A DNA stretch of 64,000 bases from Balanoglossus misakiensis (lineage: Eukaryota; Animalia; Hemichordata): assembly GCA_040954595.2 (NCBI GenBank), contig CM082584.2:6527819-6591818 (forward strand), in the 5' to 3' direction. Positions 27,215 through 38,381 of this stretch are shown piece after piece; the first letter of the stretch is position 1, and every line of letters starts with the position of its first letter. The position numbers and the translations under genes are program-made. Under the pieces are notes generated by a model that saw only the letters and a list, made by a program, of their open reading frames with translations, was not told where the DNA came from and did no database searches.

Positions 27215-29380
27215 ATTTATCTTGATTTATCTTGATTGCCATGATTTAAATCATGGCCAGTCAGGGAAGGAAGCCTTTTGGCTTATATAATCCCTCATTG
27301 TCCTTTGTAGCTGTCAAGTCTTATTTTGAAGTCCAGAACAGTTTTAGCATCAACAATATGTGTAGGTAGTTTGTTCCATTCAGCTATAATCCGTTGGGTG
27401 AAGAAGAATTTCCTGCAGTCCAGGCGAAAGCATGATTTTGCTAATTTAAGTGAGTGCCCCCTTGTCCTGTGATGTTGACTGAATGTGAACAGTACGTCTG
27501 GGGAAACTCTATCTATTCCTTTCACAATCCTGAATACTTGTATCATGTCCCCTCTTGTTCTTCTTTCTTCTAAAGTTGTCAGTTTAAGTTCTTTTAACCT
27601 GGATTCATAACTGAGATGGCTAAGCTCTGGTATCAGTTTTGTTGCTCTTCGTTGTACTTTTTCGACTAATTCAACATCCTTAGTATAGTGTGGGTTCCAG
27701 TATTGTACAACATATTCAATGTGGGGTCTAACCAGTGACTTGTATAGTTGCATAATATTGAACTTTGTCTTGTACTTTATATTCCTTTTAATAACTCCAA
27801 GGGCTCTATTTGCTTTCTTTACTGCTTCAGCACAGTGTCGACTTGTCTTCATGGAATTATGAATAAGCACCCCCAGATCCTTTTCCTCTTCAACTGGAGT
27901 GAGTGCTTTCATGGTGTAGTTAAATGATGGATTTGTTGATCCCACATGCATTACCTTACATTTGTCAACATTAAATGACATCTGCCATTCCTCCGACCAA
28001 GCTTCAAGGTTGTCAAGATCTTTCTGGAATTTCTCCTTGTCCTCCTGATTCCTAACAATTCTGCCAAGTTTAGTGTCATCAGCAAACTTAAGGATCACTG
28101 ACTTTACAGCATCGTCAATGTCATTAATATAAATCAGGAATAAGATGGGACCGAGCACGGACCCCTGTGGGACACCACTTGTAACTGTAGACCACATAGA
28201 TGCTGAACCATTTAATACTGTTCGCTGTGCTCTTCCATCTAACCAATTCTGTATCCATGACTTAATTTTACCGACGATGCCATGAGCTTCTAGTTTAGCC
28301 ACCAACCTGGTGTGTGGGACCTTGTCAAAAGCTTTACTGAAATCCAGGTAGGCTATGTCGACTGGGTTTCCCTCATCCACAGATTTAGTAACATATTCGA
28401 AGAACACCAGTAGATTTGTCACACAAGATAACCCTTTCCTGAAACCATGCTGACTATCCTTTATCAGTTTGTTTGTCTCCAAGTGGTCCACAATGGCATT
28501 CCTAATTAGTGTCTCAAGTAGCTTACACAGGATTGAGGTTAGACTTACAGGTCTGTAGTTTCCAGTTTTGCACTTGGGCCCTTTTTTGTATATTGGTGTG
28601 ACGTTGGCTTTCTTCCATACTTCTGGAACCGTTCCTTGTTGTAGTGTTGCATTGAAAATGACTGTGATTGGCCAAGCTAGCTCTTCTGCCAGTTCTCTCA
28701 GTACCTTTGGATGAATATTATCTGGCCCTGGCGTTTTAATGGGATTTAACTTTCTCAGTAGATTGAGTACATCTTCTTGTGTTACTATGATATCTGATAG
28801 AAATTTGTCAGTGTCACTAATTATCTGTTCAGGTTGTGGAATATTGCTTAGATCCTCCCTTGTGAACACAGATGCAAAGAAGTTATTTAGTAACTCAGCC
28901 ATATCCTTATCTGTAACTACTGTTTCACCGGAATCATCCTTCAGTGGTCCAACTGTGTCCCTAGTTTTCTGTTTCTTCCTTATGTAGGCATAGTAGCTTT
29001 TTGGATCCTTCTTAATATTCTTACAAAGTTCCTTTTCAAAGAGTCGTTTTGCTGTACGGATTTCTTGACACGTTTCTCTCTGTGCATGCTTGTAACTAAC
29101 AAAGTCACTATAGTCTTTTGATTGTGTATATCTTTTCCAAGCATTATATTTCTTCCTAATTTTCTTTAGTACCTTCTTGTTAATCCACAATGGTTGTTTT
29201 CTTTTCTTCTTATACTGCTGGGGTGTAAATTTAGTCACAGTTTCGTTGATAACATTTATCAGTTTATCCCAGCATTGCTCTACGTTGATTTCCCTGAAAG
29301 TTTCTTCCCAATTTATGTGCTTTAAATGTTCCTTCATTCCTTTGTAGTCTGCCCTATTATAATTTAGCGTATTGTCAGCA
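27215..29380 (-). mobile_element. CR1-clade LINE, 5'-truncated
   Basis: ORF2 RT domain, short 3' UTR with hairpins and a 3' tail of a twice-repeated 10-mer (ATCAAGATAA on the element strand). No endonuclease domain or ORF1. The 5' breakpoint is approximate. Confidence 0.9.
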
Positions 29381-29421
29381 AAGTCGCGCTTTATTTGTCC
29401 ACGTACAGTCACCGGCAACAT
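27295..29421 (-). CDS. CR1 ORF2 reverse transcriptase fragment (no APE domain; the first ~15 aa probably come from flanking DNA)
   Basis: Motifs PGPDNIHP, NYRPVSLTS, QHGF, YLDFSKAFDKV, SGVPQGSVLGP, FADD, EKDLGV, VQRRATK, RGH, FFTQR; no stops or frameshifts. Confidence 0.92.
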   Translation of the reverse strand: MLPVTVRGQIKRDFADNTLNYNRADYKGMKEHLKHINWEETFREINVEQCWDKLINVINETVTKFTPQQYKKKRKQPLWINKKVLKKIRKKYNAWKRYTQSKDYSDFVSYKHAQRETCQEIRTAKRLFEKELCKNIKKDPKSYYAYIRKKQKTRDTVGPLKDDSGETVVTDKDMAELLNNFFASVFTREDLSNIPQPEQIISDTDKFLSDIIVTQEDVLNLLRKLNPIKTPGPDNIHPKVLRELAEELAWPITVIFNATLQQGTVPEVWKKANVTPIYKKGPKCKTGNYRPVSLTSILCKLLETLIRNAIVDHLETNKLIKDSQHGFRKGLSCVTNLLVFFEYVTKSVDEGNPVDIAYLDFSKAFDKVPHTRLVAKLEAHGIVGKIKSWIQNWLDGRAQRTVLNGSASMWSTVTSGVPQGSVLGPILFLIYINDIDDAVKSVILKFADDTKLGRIVRNQEDKEKFQKDLDNLEAWSEEWQMSFNVDKCKVMHVGSTNPSFNYTMKALTPVEEEKDLGVLIHNSMKTSRHCAEAVKKANRALGVIKRNIKYKTKFNIMQLYKSLVRPHIEYVVQYWNPHYTKDVELVEKVQRRATKLIPELSHLSYESRLKELKLTTLEERRTRGDMIQVFRIVKGIDRVSPDVLFTFSQHHRTRGHSLKLAKSCFRLDCRKFFFTQRIIAEWNKLPTHIVDAKTVLDFKIRLDSYKGQ

Positions 29422-30407
29422 TTTTAAAGATCGTTTTTGTCAATATTTATTTTGTTTTAATTGTGATTATTATTATTATTATTCTAAGAAGGTCATCAGA
29501 CAAATTCTAAGACTTTTTGAGAACATACGTAGTATGATTGTGAAAATTTGGAGATCATCTCAACCTCGCAACTGCGCCACCAGTGTCCAGGTTGATACAC
29601 TATTTTGTAAACCTCGAAATATTCTGTCAGACAACAATATAAGAATTGTGATTCTCATAATAAAAAAAAACATCTTATTTTTTGGTATAAATCGGTAATA
29701 CTAACACAGAACAGAGATCTTTTGGATGTTCAATGCTTTTGATTTATATTAATTATCGTTTGCAACCAAGAAAACAGATAATTAATATTACCTTGATCTG
29801 ACAATATATTGTACAACAAATGTCTGCATTTTGATCAACTTTTTCTTTAGTAAAACGATATAAATTTCTCTCATTTTATGAAACATGTCAATACGATGTG
29901 TCTTAGTAAAAACAATAAACAAAAAATAAGTTGCCGGTGGCGGCGCTGTGCAACACCTCACAGTATCACAGATCTTGAGCCAGAAATTCATATCATTGTC
30001 TCCCCCAGCCCTGTAACTGTTCGTGAGATTTTTGGTTCCCGTAAATACGATATTGGCAGTTAAATTAAAACTACACTTTGCTAATATGTGTCCGTGGTAA
30101 AAACACTGGTTACGTGCGTGCAGTGCGGCCAGCGACCCCCGACCACCCACGTTCCCCGGGCACAACACTATGCAAATATATGCGTACATTACCAGTACCC
30201 TGTTCTACAAAATAAAAATGTGTATTTATTTGTCATGTTTATTTTACATATGAGAAAAACTTAACATTTCGGATTAACTATATTTTTCAAATATTTAGTT
30301 ATTTTCTAATTTACATAAAAACAAAAGGCACTGGGATTTTTTTGCACTTAATAGTTTACGAATTTTCTTCTCTCTTTTAGAAAATTAGTTCAGTAACAGT
30401 GCCCAAT

Positions 30408-30475
30408 ATGTCGTCCTCGTCGGGAAACAAGAATTTTCGGATGAGCGAAGGTGATTGGGTCTGTTCCGACCAAAA
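30408..30475 (+). CDS. ZRANB2: ZRANB2 coding exon 1
   Basis: MSSSSGNKNFRMSEGDWVCSDQ, matching the ZRANB2 N-terminus (KNFRVSDGDWIC); donor AA|GTGAGT. Confidence 0.92.
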
Positions 30476-30742
30476 GTGAGTAAAACATGCGTTGTTTTGT
30501 TGTGGATGTGCAATTTAATCACAGAAGAGTTATTTTAATAAACCTTTTAACGCCTCGAAATGTTAAGTGAGACATGACGCGCAGTTCTTTGCTCACAGCT
30601 GTGAGTGTAAATCGAGTCGACTGCATCATGTACCATGGAGAAATCTACCAGTTTTAACATACAGAAGGTCCAGCTTGCTCTAAATGTCATCTCACAACTT
30701 TGTGTCATATTGTATCATGCAATATTCTATTTCTTTCCACAG

Positions 30743-30795
30743 ATGTGGAAATGTGAACTTTGCAAGGAGGACAAGTTGCAATCGCTGTGGCAAAG
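30743..30795 (+). CDS. ZRANB2: ZRANB2 exon 2 (RanBP2 zinc finger 1)
   Basis: CGNVNFARRTSCNRCGK. Confidence 0.95.
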
Positions 30796-30952
30796 GTATG
30801 ATTGTGATTTTATAGCGATCACCTAATGCAAATATAGCTACAGACTAACTAGTACAGTTACCCATGGAGGTACTAAGAGACCTCCATGAATTACCATAGC
30901 TTGTACAGATGAAACTTGACATCATTTCTGTATGTCTGATCTTTACCCACAG

Positions 30953-31055
30953 ATAAGACCAATGTCAAGGTGAAATCAGGCGGCATTGAGATTGGCAAAG
31001 CTGCCGCTGAGAAGAGTAAAGGACTGTTTAGTGCCAACGATTGGCAGTGTAAAAC
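30953..31055 (+). CDS. ZRANB2: ZRANB2 exon 3
   Basis: KSGGIEIGKAAAEKSKGLFSANDWQCK. Confidence 0.95.
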
Positions 31056-31527
31056 GTAAGTTCTGAACTTCTTCAATATATTGTTTTGTGATATTGCAAG
31101 ATATTTAATAATAGGTTATTTGAGTTGTGTGAGTGGTTGTGTTACGTTTTGTGACAATACAACAATGTACATGTACAGTCTATGAATTGAGAAGAGGTAG
31201 TACTAACACACATCATGTATGTTGATTTCTGTAATGATTCAATGTATGTATTGAAAAGTACAATGTAGTTACAGTGTGTAAAGTGTTAGTTCCATGCTAA
31301 TGATATGTGAGTTGAAACCGATGTATGTATATGAATGTTGTAGTAGCACTGTAATGTGTCATCGATCGTCTACACACAAAGTTTGGTAACCTGAATACTC
31401 ATCTATCCTTCACATCAAGCTTATACATGTACCTTCTTCTTTAATTACTGAACATGATAGCAAAGTCATGTTGACATATCACCGTTTGATAGTTGAGGAC
31501 TTGCATTTGTTACTTTGCTTCCAACAG

Positions 31528-31687
31528 CTGTGGCAATGTGAACTGGGCTCGTCGGTCAACATGCAACATGTGTCACACGCCCAAGATTGGTAAGGTGGAA
31601 GAGCGCACTGGTTACGGCGGTGGTTACAATGAACGTGGAACGGTTGAATATGTTGCGAGGGATGACTCAGACGGAGAATACGACGAG
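31528..31687 (+). CDS. ZRANB2: ZRANB2 exon 4 (RanBP2 zinc finger 2)
   Basis: CGNVNWARRSTCNMCHTPK...EERTGYGGGYNER...SDGEYDE. Confidence 0.95.
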
Positions 31688-32056
31688 GTAAACGTATAAC
31701 CATTTTGTATCAGGATGGTTACACCCCCTGGACATTTACGCTCTGATCCTACAGTTAGGTATAGGGTTGGGGTGAGTGTCCCAGCGGGTTGGTGTCCGGA
31801 GGGTGACTGTCCTAGAGCCAACCATGATTTTGAACAAGCATAGGAGTTTCTTGACCAGTCTTCAATTGAAGAAGCTAACTTGTGACCCGTAAACTTTGTT
31901 CTCCAAATGTAGAATGTAAACTTTATAAGGTTGCAGTCAAGTGAAGAAGCTAACTGTTTGTGGGACATGACAATCTGACATGACATGACAATCTGGTCAC
32001 TCATTGAGAAACTGAATGTTAACACTGTTGTCTGTTTTCTTCCTAACATGGTACAG

Positions 32057-32263
32057 TTCGGAAGAAAAAAGAAAAAGTTCCGTGGAAAAGACGATGCACC
32101 TGGTAAAAATGATATCAAAGCTGTTGAAAAGGTGGAACAGAAAGAAAAAGAAGATGAAGAAGACGACGACGAAGATGGTGACCTTTCCAAGTATAACTTA
32201 GAATCTGATGAAGAGGACAGTGGTGATGATGCAGATATTTCTAAATATAAATTAGATTCAGAT
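32057..32263 (+). CDS. ZRANB2: ZRANB2 exon 5 (basic NLS-like run, acidic region)
   Basis: FGRKKKKFRGK...DLSKYNL...DISKYKLDSD; donor GAT|GTAAGT. Confidence 0.93.
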
Positions 32264-32514
32264 GTAAGTGGGCAAATTTTATTGATTTGTTTATGAGATA
32301 TGTACAACTGTACTAAAGTTCTTGCAATACATTTCTCATGTTTGCGGTTGTCACGTTTACGCTTTGAATCCTTTTCATTATCATACTGGCAGAATCAATA
32401 ATAGATCAGGGAGGCAGACTTATACAGATTTTACAAGTGCACACGTCAATTCGTTTTCACTGCGTATGTGCATACTATCAACCTACCTGTATGTGTATCA
32501 GTGGTTGTGTTGTG

Positions 32515-32590
32515 TACAGTGAAACCTGTCTATTAAGGACACCTCTTGGACCAGAAAATCTGTCCTGATTTAGAGAGGTGTCACTGAAGT
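32515..32590. mobile_element. Fragment of a Tc1/mariner (pogo/Tigger-like) MITE end
   Basis: TA-CAGTGAAACCTGTCTATTAAGGACACC terminus; the partner end is degenerate. Confidence 0.4.
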
Positions 32591-32686
32591 CTTTTGATGT
32601 GGTTTGAAGGCTACCAGGTGCTTTGTTCATGTAACACATCATGTAGGTCTGAAATGCACTGTATCCTTGGCTTTTGTGTTTGTAGA

Positions 32687-32864
32687 GTTAAAGTCATTTT
32701 ATAAGTCGCAACGGTATTATAAGTCACACCCCTTCTTTGAAAGACTTGTTTGGGAGGAGATTTTAAGGAAATGAATACAACAGAACATTGGTATTATAAG
32801 TCGCACCCCCTTTTCGGCACACACTGTCACTCAAAAAAGGTGCGTCTTATAAAATGACTTTAAC
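32687..32864. mobile_element. MITE with 24-bp TIRs
   Basis: gttaaagtcattttataagtcgca / tgcgtcttataaaatgactttaac (1 mismatch), with internal tataagtc(g/a)ca repeats. Confidence 0.75.
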
Positions 32865-32929
32865 GGTCACGCTTTCACTCACAAGCCAGTAGTAATGTAT
32901 TTCTTCATCTTTCTTGTCAAATACTACAG

Positions 32930-33141
32930 GATGATGATGAAGAGGGTGGTGATCTATCTAAATATGATCTGACTGCAAGTGATGAGGAGGAGTTACGCCT
33001 CAGGAAACGATCACGTTCGAGATCAGCGTCTTCGTATTCCAGATCGAGATCCCGGTCTCGATCGCGCTCCCGGTCCCGGTCCAGCTCTGATTCCAGATCG
33101 TACTCCAGTAGAAGTAGAAGCTCCTCTAGGTCTAGGTCAAG
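32930..33141 (+). CDS. ZRANB2: ZRANB2 exon 6 (start of RS domain)
   Basis: DDDEEGGDLSKYDLTASDEEELRLRKRSRSRS...; donor AG|GTAATT. Confidence 0.92.
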
Positions 33142-33237
33142 GTAATTCGTGTATCGGTGAGACATTGCAAGAAGAAGAAGACTTCCTGGATGGTTGTGTA
33201 GAGTGACATCTCTCGGATCCCGGTGTCAGATTGTTTT

Positions 33238-33292
33238 ACACACACAAACTCACTCACACAGTCACACACACACACACCCACACACACACACA
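33238..33292. repeat. Imperfect (CA)n
   Basis: Directly visible. Confidence 0.85.
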
Positions 33293-33332
33293 ATCTATGA
33301 AAATTAATTGCACCTTGAATTCACTGAATTAA

Positions 33333-33492
33333 GCTGTAAAACCTGTTAAAAAAATGTTTTCCCAATCTCACACCAATATATAATTATTTGGTCAGGGAAG
33401 AGTTTCGGTAATTATGTCTACATACCGTCATTGGATAACTTTTACTATTTTACTGAGAACTGTGCTGGCATAATTTTGACAGGTTTTACTGC
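33333..33492. mobile_element. MITE with ~19-bp TIRs
   Basis: gctgtaaaacctgttaaaa / ttttgacaggttttactgc (2 mismatches). Confidence 0.65.
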
Positions 33493-33580
33493 TCTCAGTG
33501 ATGTGCATAGTAGACAAACTTGGCGGGGCGGTGCAGGCTGAACTTTTGACGTCTCTTTGAATTCTCGCCTGCTCTTTCAG

Positions 33581-33766
33581 ATCTCGTTCTAGTTCTTACG
33601 ATTCGCGGAGCCGCTCCCGATCGGGATCTTCCAGCCGCCGGAAGCGCCACCACGGCTCCGGGTCACGCTCGCGCTCTTCGTCCCCGTCGAGGAGCAAGCG
33701 GAGGAGGAGGAGGGGGAGGAGCCACTCCAGTTCGCGATCCGACTCGCGCTCAAGATCACCGGAAAG
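33581..33766 (+). CDS. ZRANB2: ZRANB2 exon 7 (RS domain)
   Basis: SRSSSYDSRSRSRSGS...SRSRSPE(R); acceptor ctctttcag; weak donor AG|GTTTGG, phase 2. Confidence 0.88.
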
Positions 33767-34230
33767 GTTTGGGTATGGGTAAAGACCAATCAGGTGGCTT
33801 TTACGTCACCAACATGTTAAAATAATACACCACCATTTGTCTGCTTTGATCCAGACCTGGATCGCCAGTTTGTGCGCTGTGTTACGTCATTTTAGTCTTC
33901 TGTTTACCGTTGAAAAAATTAATTCAACTTTTAGATCATTCCGATGAGCGAGACAGTGAACAGATAGAAAATGAATTTATTTGAAATTGCAAATACATCA
34001 ACTGAAATTTGTGCACACCTATGAAGCGATCGTCTCAATATTTTAAAGAATTTAAACTATATTTCAGTGTCATTATCCACCAAGCACACTAGTCTAGTGG
34101 TGTGGCTAAATTTCAAGCCCCCGTCCCCCAAAGTACAGTAAAGACTAGACTTGCATTTCAAAATCTGATTTGTACACAGTTCACGTTGAGCATCTACGAT
34201 AACATGTTATTTCCCCATTTTGTTTTGCAG

Positions 34231-34252
34231 GAGCAGTTCGAAGAAGACGTGA
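34231..34252 (+). CDS. ZRANB2: ZRANB2 terminal coding exon
   Basis: Strong acceptor ttttgttttgcag; gives (R)SSSKKT-TGA, similar to the vertebrate SSSKKK C-terminus. AATAAA signals at 34548, 36155 and 36176. Confidence 0.8.
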
Positions 34253-37200
34253 TCGCAGAGGGCCTAATAGATTTACAGGAATTGTAAAGAATACATTTGT
34301 AAAGAAGTTTGTGAGTGCGTAGGCTTTTAATTTGAATCACTGTATTATGCAAGTCACATCTCTTGCACTACACGTCCAGGGGGAAATTTTGAACATGCCA
34401 TTGTTGCTTTGATAATGTCGCGGGACCGTGGTAGCCATAACAATATGCCTTAGTTCTTTGCCTTGAAGACACGAAAATCAGTCACCTGTGTCCCGATAAA
34501 CCTCTCGTTTAATCACTCAGTGTGTTTGTTGAATTCAATCGGTATAAAATAAAAACTTATTAAACCACGGTACGGTAGTACCTGTCTGGTTAAAAGTCAG
34601 AGGGTAGAAGAAATTGAGGATTAACATGTAGTTTAATTTGTCACTGGTTTTCAATGAAAGAATTATGAAATGCCATCTTGCCATTGCGTTACTCGAGTAC
34701 GCACAATATGCAGTGCTTTTGAACTACCATGGTAATTAAAAAAAAAAGAAACCTCATTTTAGCGAAATATTTTTCATTTTTTGCGTAATTATTGAATTTA
34801 AAAAAAGTCCCCCTGTTTTGTAGACCCACTCCCCCCACCCTTCACAGCTGTCTTTTGTAACTTTGCCAAATATCTCTTCATCCCCCCTGTCCCTGTGTCC
34901 CATATTTCATTTCAACATCAGCAGTGTAGAAGCCAAAGGTAGGTGTGTACATCTTAATTGGAAATGACGCCCGCAAATCTTGATCCTGGGTTGAGAAGCG
35001 AGTTGTGTCGCAAATAATAATAGCATTTAGTTTTTATGCCATCCTTGAAGAAGACGATATTGTAGTCTAGACTAGTGCAGGTTCTTTGCACTCTACGCTG
35101 AAGTCAATGATGTACTTTGTTAGCCATGTTTTGAAATTTAATGGCAAGATTTCAACAAGTCTACAAGCCTTCGTTATGTGCTGTGTTGTGTTCATGGAAT
35201 TTGTCTGCTTGTTGGCGGTTTCTGCCATATTTAGTTTTACAATTTAGCAGTTAAAATTAATTGATGAATCTGATTCTGGAATACCTTGATCCTAAAGAGA
35301 TTGGATAATGATGAATATGCCAGAAACTATATTGTTATGATAATTTTATTCGACTCAAATTGAAATTATTTGTGAATTTTGGTATATGGCGTAAAGAATA
35401 GGATCTAGTAGGGCTTAATTGATTTGAAGTTTTATGTTCAAAAACTCTGATATTATCAGTCCTGAATTTTGTGGCTACTAAGAAGTACATCTCCAACAAA
35501 ATGCAAGTTGGAAGTTTTTAGTGTTGAAAGACAATGCCTTTTATGTCGAATCATCTCAGTGTGTGTGTGATTGAATGAATTGAGTTCTGTCTTTCCATGA
35601 TTGCCAAAGTAGTTTGTAAGTTAAATATGTTGCACATAATCTGTGACGGAAAAATGTTTTGTGTGCCGTCCAATGTTTTCATGAATAAACTAGTCCTTAA
35701 CAGTCGAAATTTGGTTCAGTGGTGTTTTCCAAAAAAACGTTGCGGCAAGTTTAGTATTGTACACACTGAACTGTGGCCAGCTGATGGCCTGTTTTGAAGG
35801 AGTCACCTTCACAAAATACTACACCATAGTAAATGTCCCATAATTCAGACGTGCAGTACACTGTAGTACAGCGAGTCACCATTTGTCCCCAATTCAATTT
35901 TGAAGATGTTTTCATCAGCAAATGATTCGGATGCATCCTGTACTTGATTCATTTTGTGTTCAGTGCATTGCTTCAGAGCAGATTTTTTGTAAGCCAAACT
36001 TGCAAATAAGATTTTCTTGCCAGTGTAACTACCAAAATCGCATTGCGATGGCTACTATCACTCTTCAGTTTTTAGGAAATTAAAAGCCTTGTGTCTTAAT
36101 TTTGTGTTGATTTATTGATTATGTATGATTTATGTGTTGTGCAAACTCCCATGAAATAAACTGAATGTACCCCAGAATAAATGTTGCCCCTCATTCTTAG
36201 TTGGTTCGAATGGCTCAGCTTTTCTGAATTGATTACAAGTAGATTAAAGGAAAACGGTCACCTATGGAAAATTAGCTATAGTTACCATGGCAAATTGAGA
36301 TCTAGCCAATCACAGATGTTCAGTGGGTGGCACACGCGAAAAAAGAGCGCCATCATGTGTTCTTTAGAACGCCATCTAAGCAATATAGGGCCATGAGGAA
36401 ACACAAGAGGATGAAAAGACGTCAAAACTGGCATATTTTCTTTTTTGGTTTACTGCAAAATTATCATCCAACCAGGTGAAAACACACTGCTAAAAGATTA
36501 ACTCGAAAATTCACTTCGTGTGCGTCGGCGCTGGCCTTTTGCGGTTCGATGTACTGATGCGCCCGATTGTTGTTTATTCCCGAAGGTTTTAATCCAGTTG
36601 AATTTTAAAAAGCTTTCCTCAAAAGGTCGGGTCATTCGAAGGACATGCACCGATATCGCTGAATGAAATCTAATATCACAGTTCAATAAGAGGAGGTCCC
36701 AGGGGTATTTTTTTCGATATGTGCGATGTGAACCTGAATGATTAAGATGGTAAGTTGTCAGTCTTTCTTCAATGTACATGTCTTCAGATTAGGATTACAG
36801 ATAGCAGCCACGTTTGAGTAAAGAAGCAATTTTTAAGAACTTGAAAATTTCTAAATGTCAAGAAAATAGATCGGAGTTAACACAGACATTGGCAGCCATT
36901 TTGAAAACTAAAAATCTGACGGTATAGCTAAATATGAGAAACATGTAAGAAAACTTATTTTGGCAGTTTAGATGTGCTACTGGTAGTACCTTAACATGGA
37001 AATAAATAATGCGATTCGATATCAAAACTTGATTAATAATAATCACGGTTACTTTTAATCCAGGTGAGAATTGTTCGTGTTTTCAATTTGTGGGAATCAG
37101 CAAATACAATAAATCTCTCTTCAGTACGATTTATAAGGTTTTTTCATGGACCTGTAATCTCCATCAGATCTAAGGGTCTTGTTTACTTCCGTTGACAAAC

Positions 37201-38053
37201 AACTTCTGGCGTCTTATAAGTGTCCACTGGACATACATCACTCGACATACACCATCAATTCACTTGGATACCAAACAAGTGTCTGTTTCTATGGTGATGA
37301 ATATATTCCCACTCGTCATGTCGGTACTCCATTGGGACCTTGGGAAATTAATTTTTAAATTGGTGAATCTATCAGACTTATTGGCGAAGCACAGTAATCT
37401 TGTTATTAATCCGGTGTTGAAAAAAGTGCCCAAAGTTCTGTTCAGTGTCACGTGTCTGTCGGATGAACTTGATTGATTCTTGCGCAATTCCGTTGTTATT
37501 ATTCATAGTTTGTGAATTTTTCATGGGCTTCACACCGGAATTCAACGTGGGAAGTCAACGTATTTTTGTGTGAATTGAACTATGAAAACAGGTCAATGAA
37601 CATGAATCAGTGTGAAGAAGAACAACACAAAACCTAAAAGCTCATACTGATTACTGAATTCACCATCAAACCCATATTTTGTGTTTCACAACAGAACTAC
37701 ATTACTATAGGTCAGATAATAGGTAAATGTAGTGAACTTTAGTAGTAGAGAAGAAATGTATCAAAAAATGATCTGAAAATCAAACCTTTTAGCACCGTTT
37801 GGCCTCTGTAAGAAAAACAGCCATATGACTAAATACTTTTGTTAACATTAATTAACAGTGAATGGATATGGCGGGTTTTGTAAAAAGCAGACTATGAAAT
37901 AGTTGACCGACTGAAGTCTCTTGGGTCGTTGCCCAGATAGGACATCAATTTCTGATTTACGTGAATGAGTGTCGATCTCCTATAATTTGCATACAGGTGA
38001 TCAAGCTAATAGTCTCGTGAAATCTGCAGATGACGGCGTGGTGACTGGTTTTC

Positions 38054-38245
38054 CTGGGTTATTGCCAATGAAAATTGTCAACAAAATGAGAAATTCCCGA
38101 CTTTGAGAACTTTGGTGATTGTGTCATTCTCGGACATTTTTCATGGGTTATAGCTCATGAAAATTGTCCAAAAATGAGACATTCCCGACTTTGAGAACTT
38201 TGGTGATTGTGTCATTTTCGGACATTTTTCATGGGTTATAGCCAC
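38054..38245. repeat. Diverged 88-bp satellite subfamily (type B), ~2 monomers
   Basis: catgggttatagc at 38142 and 38230 (period 88); shares about half the monomer with the main satellite. Another copy lies at ~42863-42950. Confidence 0.8.
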
Positions 38246-38381
38246 GAAAAGCAACGTTACGGGATGAATGCGGAATGGTCGGGCAATCATTCGCCTCGGG
38301 CCGTAATAAAAAAGTTTTACTTTTAACTTTTAGTTTTAACAAGAAAACGTTTTATGCGTGACCAATAAGAGAGAAAATTTA

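Noticed and set aside
30060-30351. Possible TTAA-bounded insertion upstream of ZRANB2
   Set aside because: No matching terminal inverted repeats; TTAA is common in AT-rich DNA.
31624-33789. Minus-strand ORFs over ZRANB2 (227, 82 and 66 aa)
   Set aside because: Antisense shadows of low-complexity acidic and RS exons.
36400-36994. Possible non-autonomous DNA transposon ending agtaccttaa
   Set aside because: Only one plausible terminus seen; cannot delimit without a repeat library.
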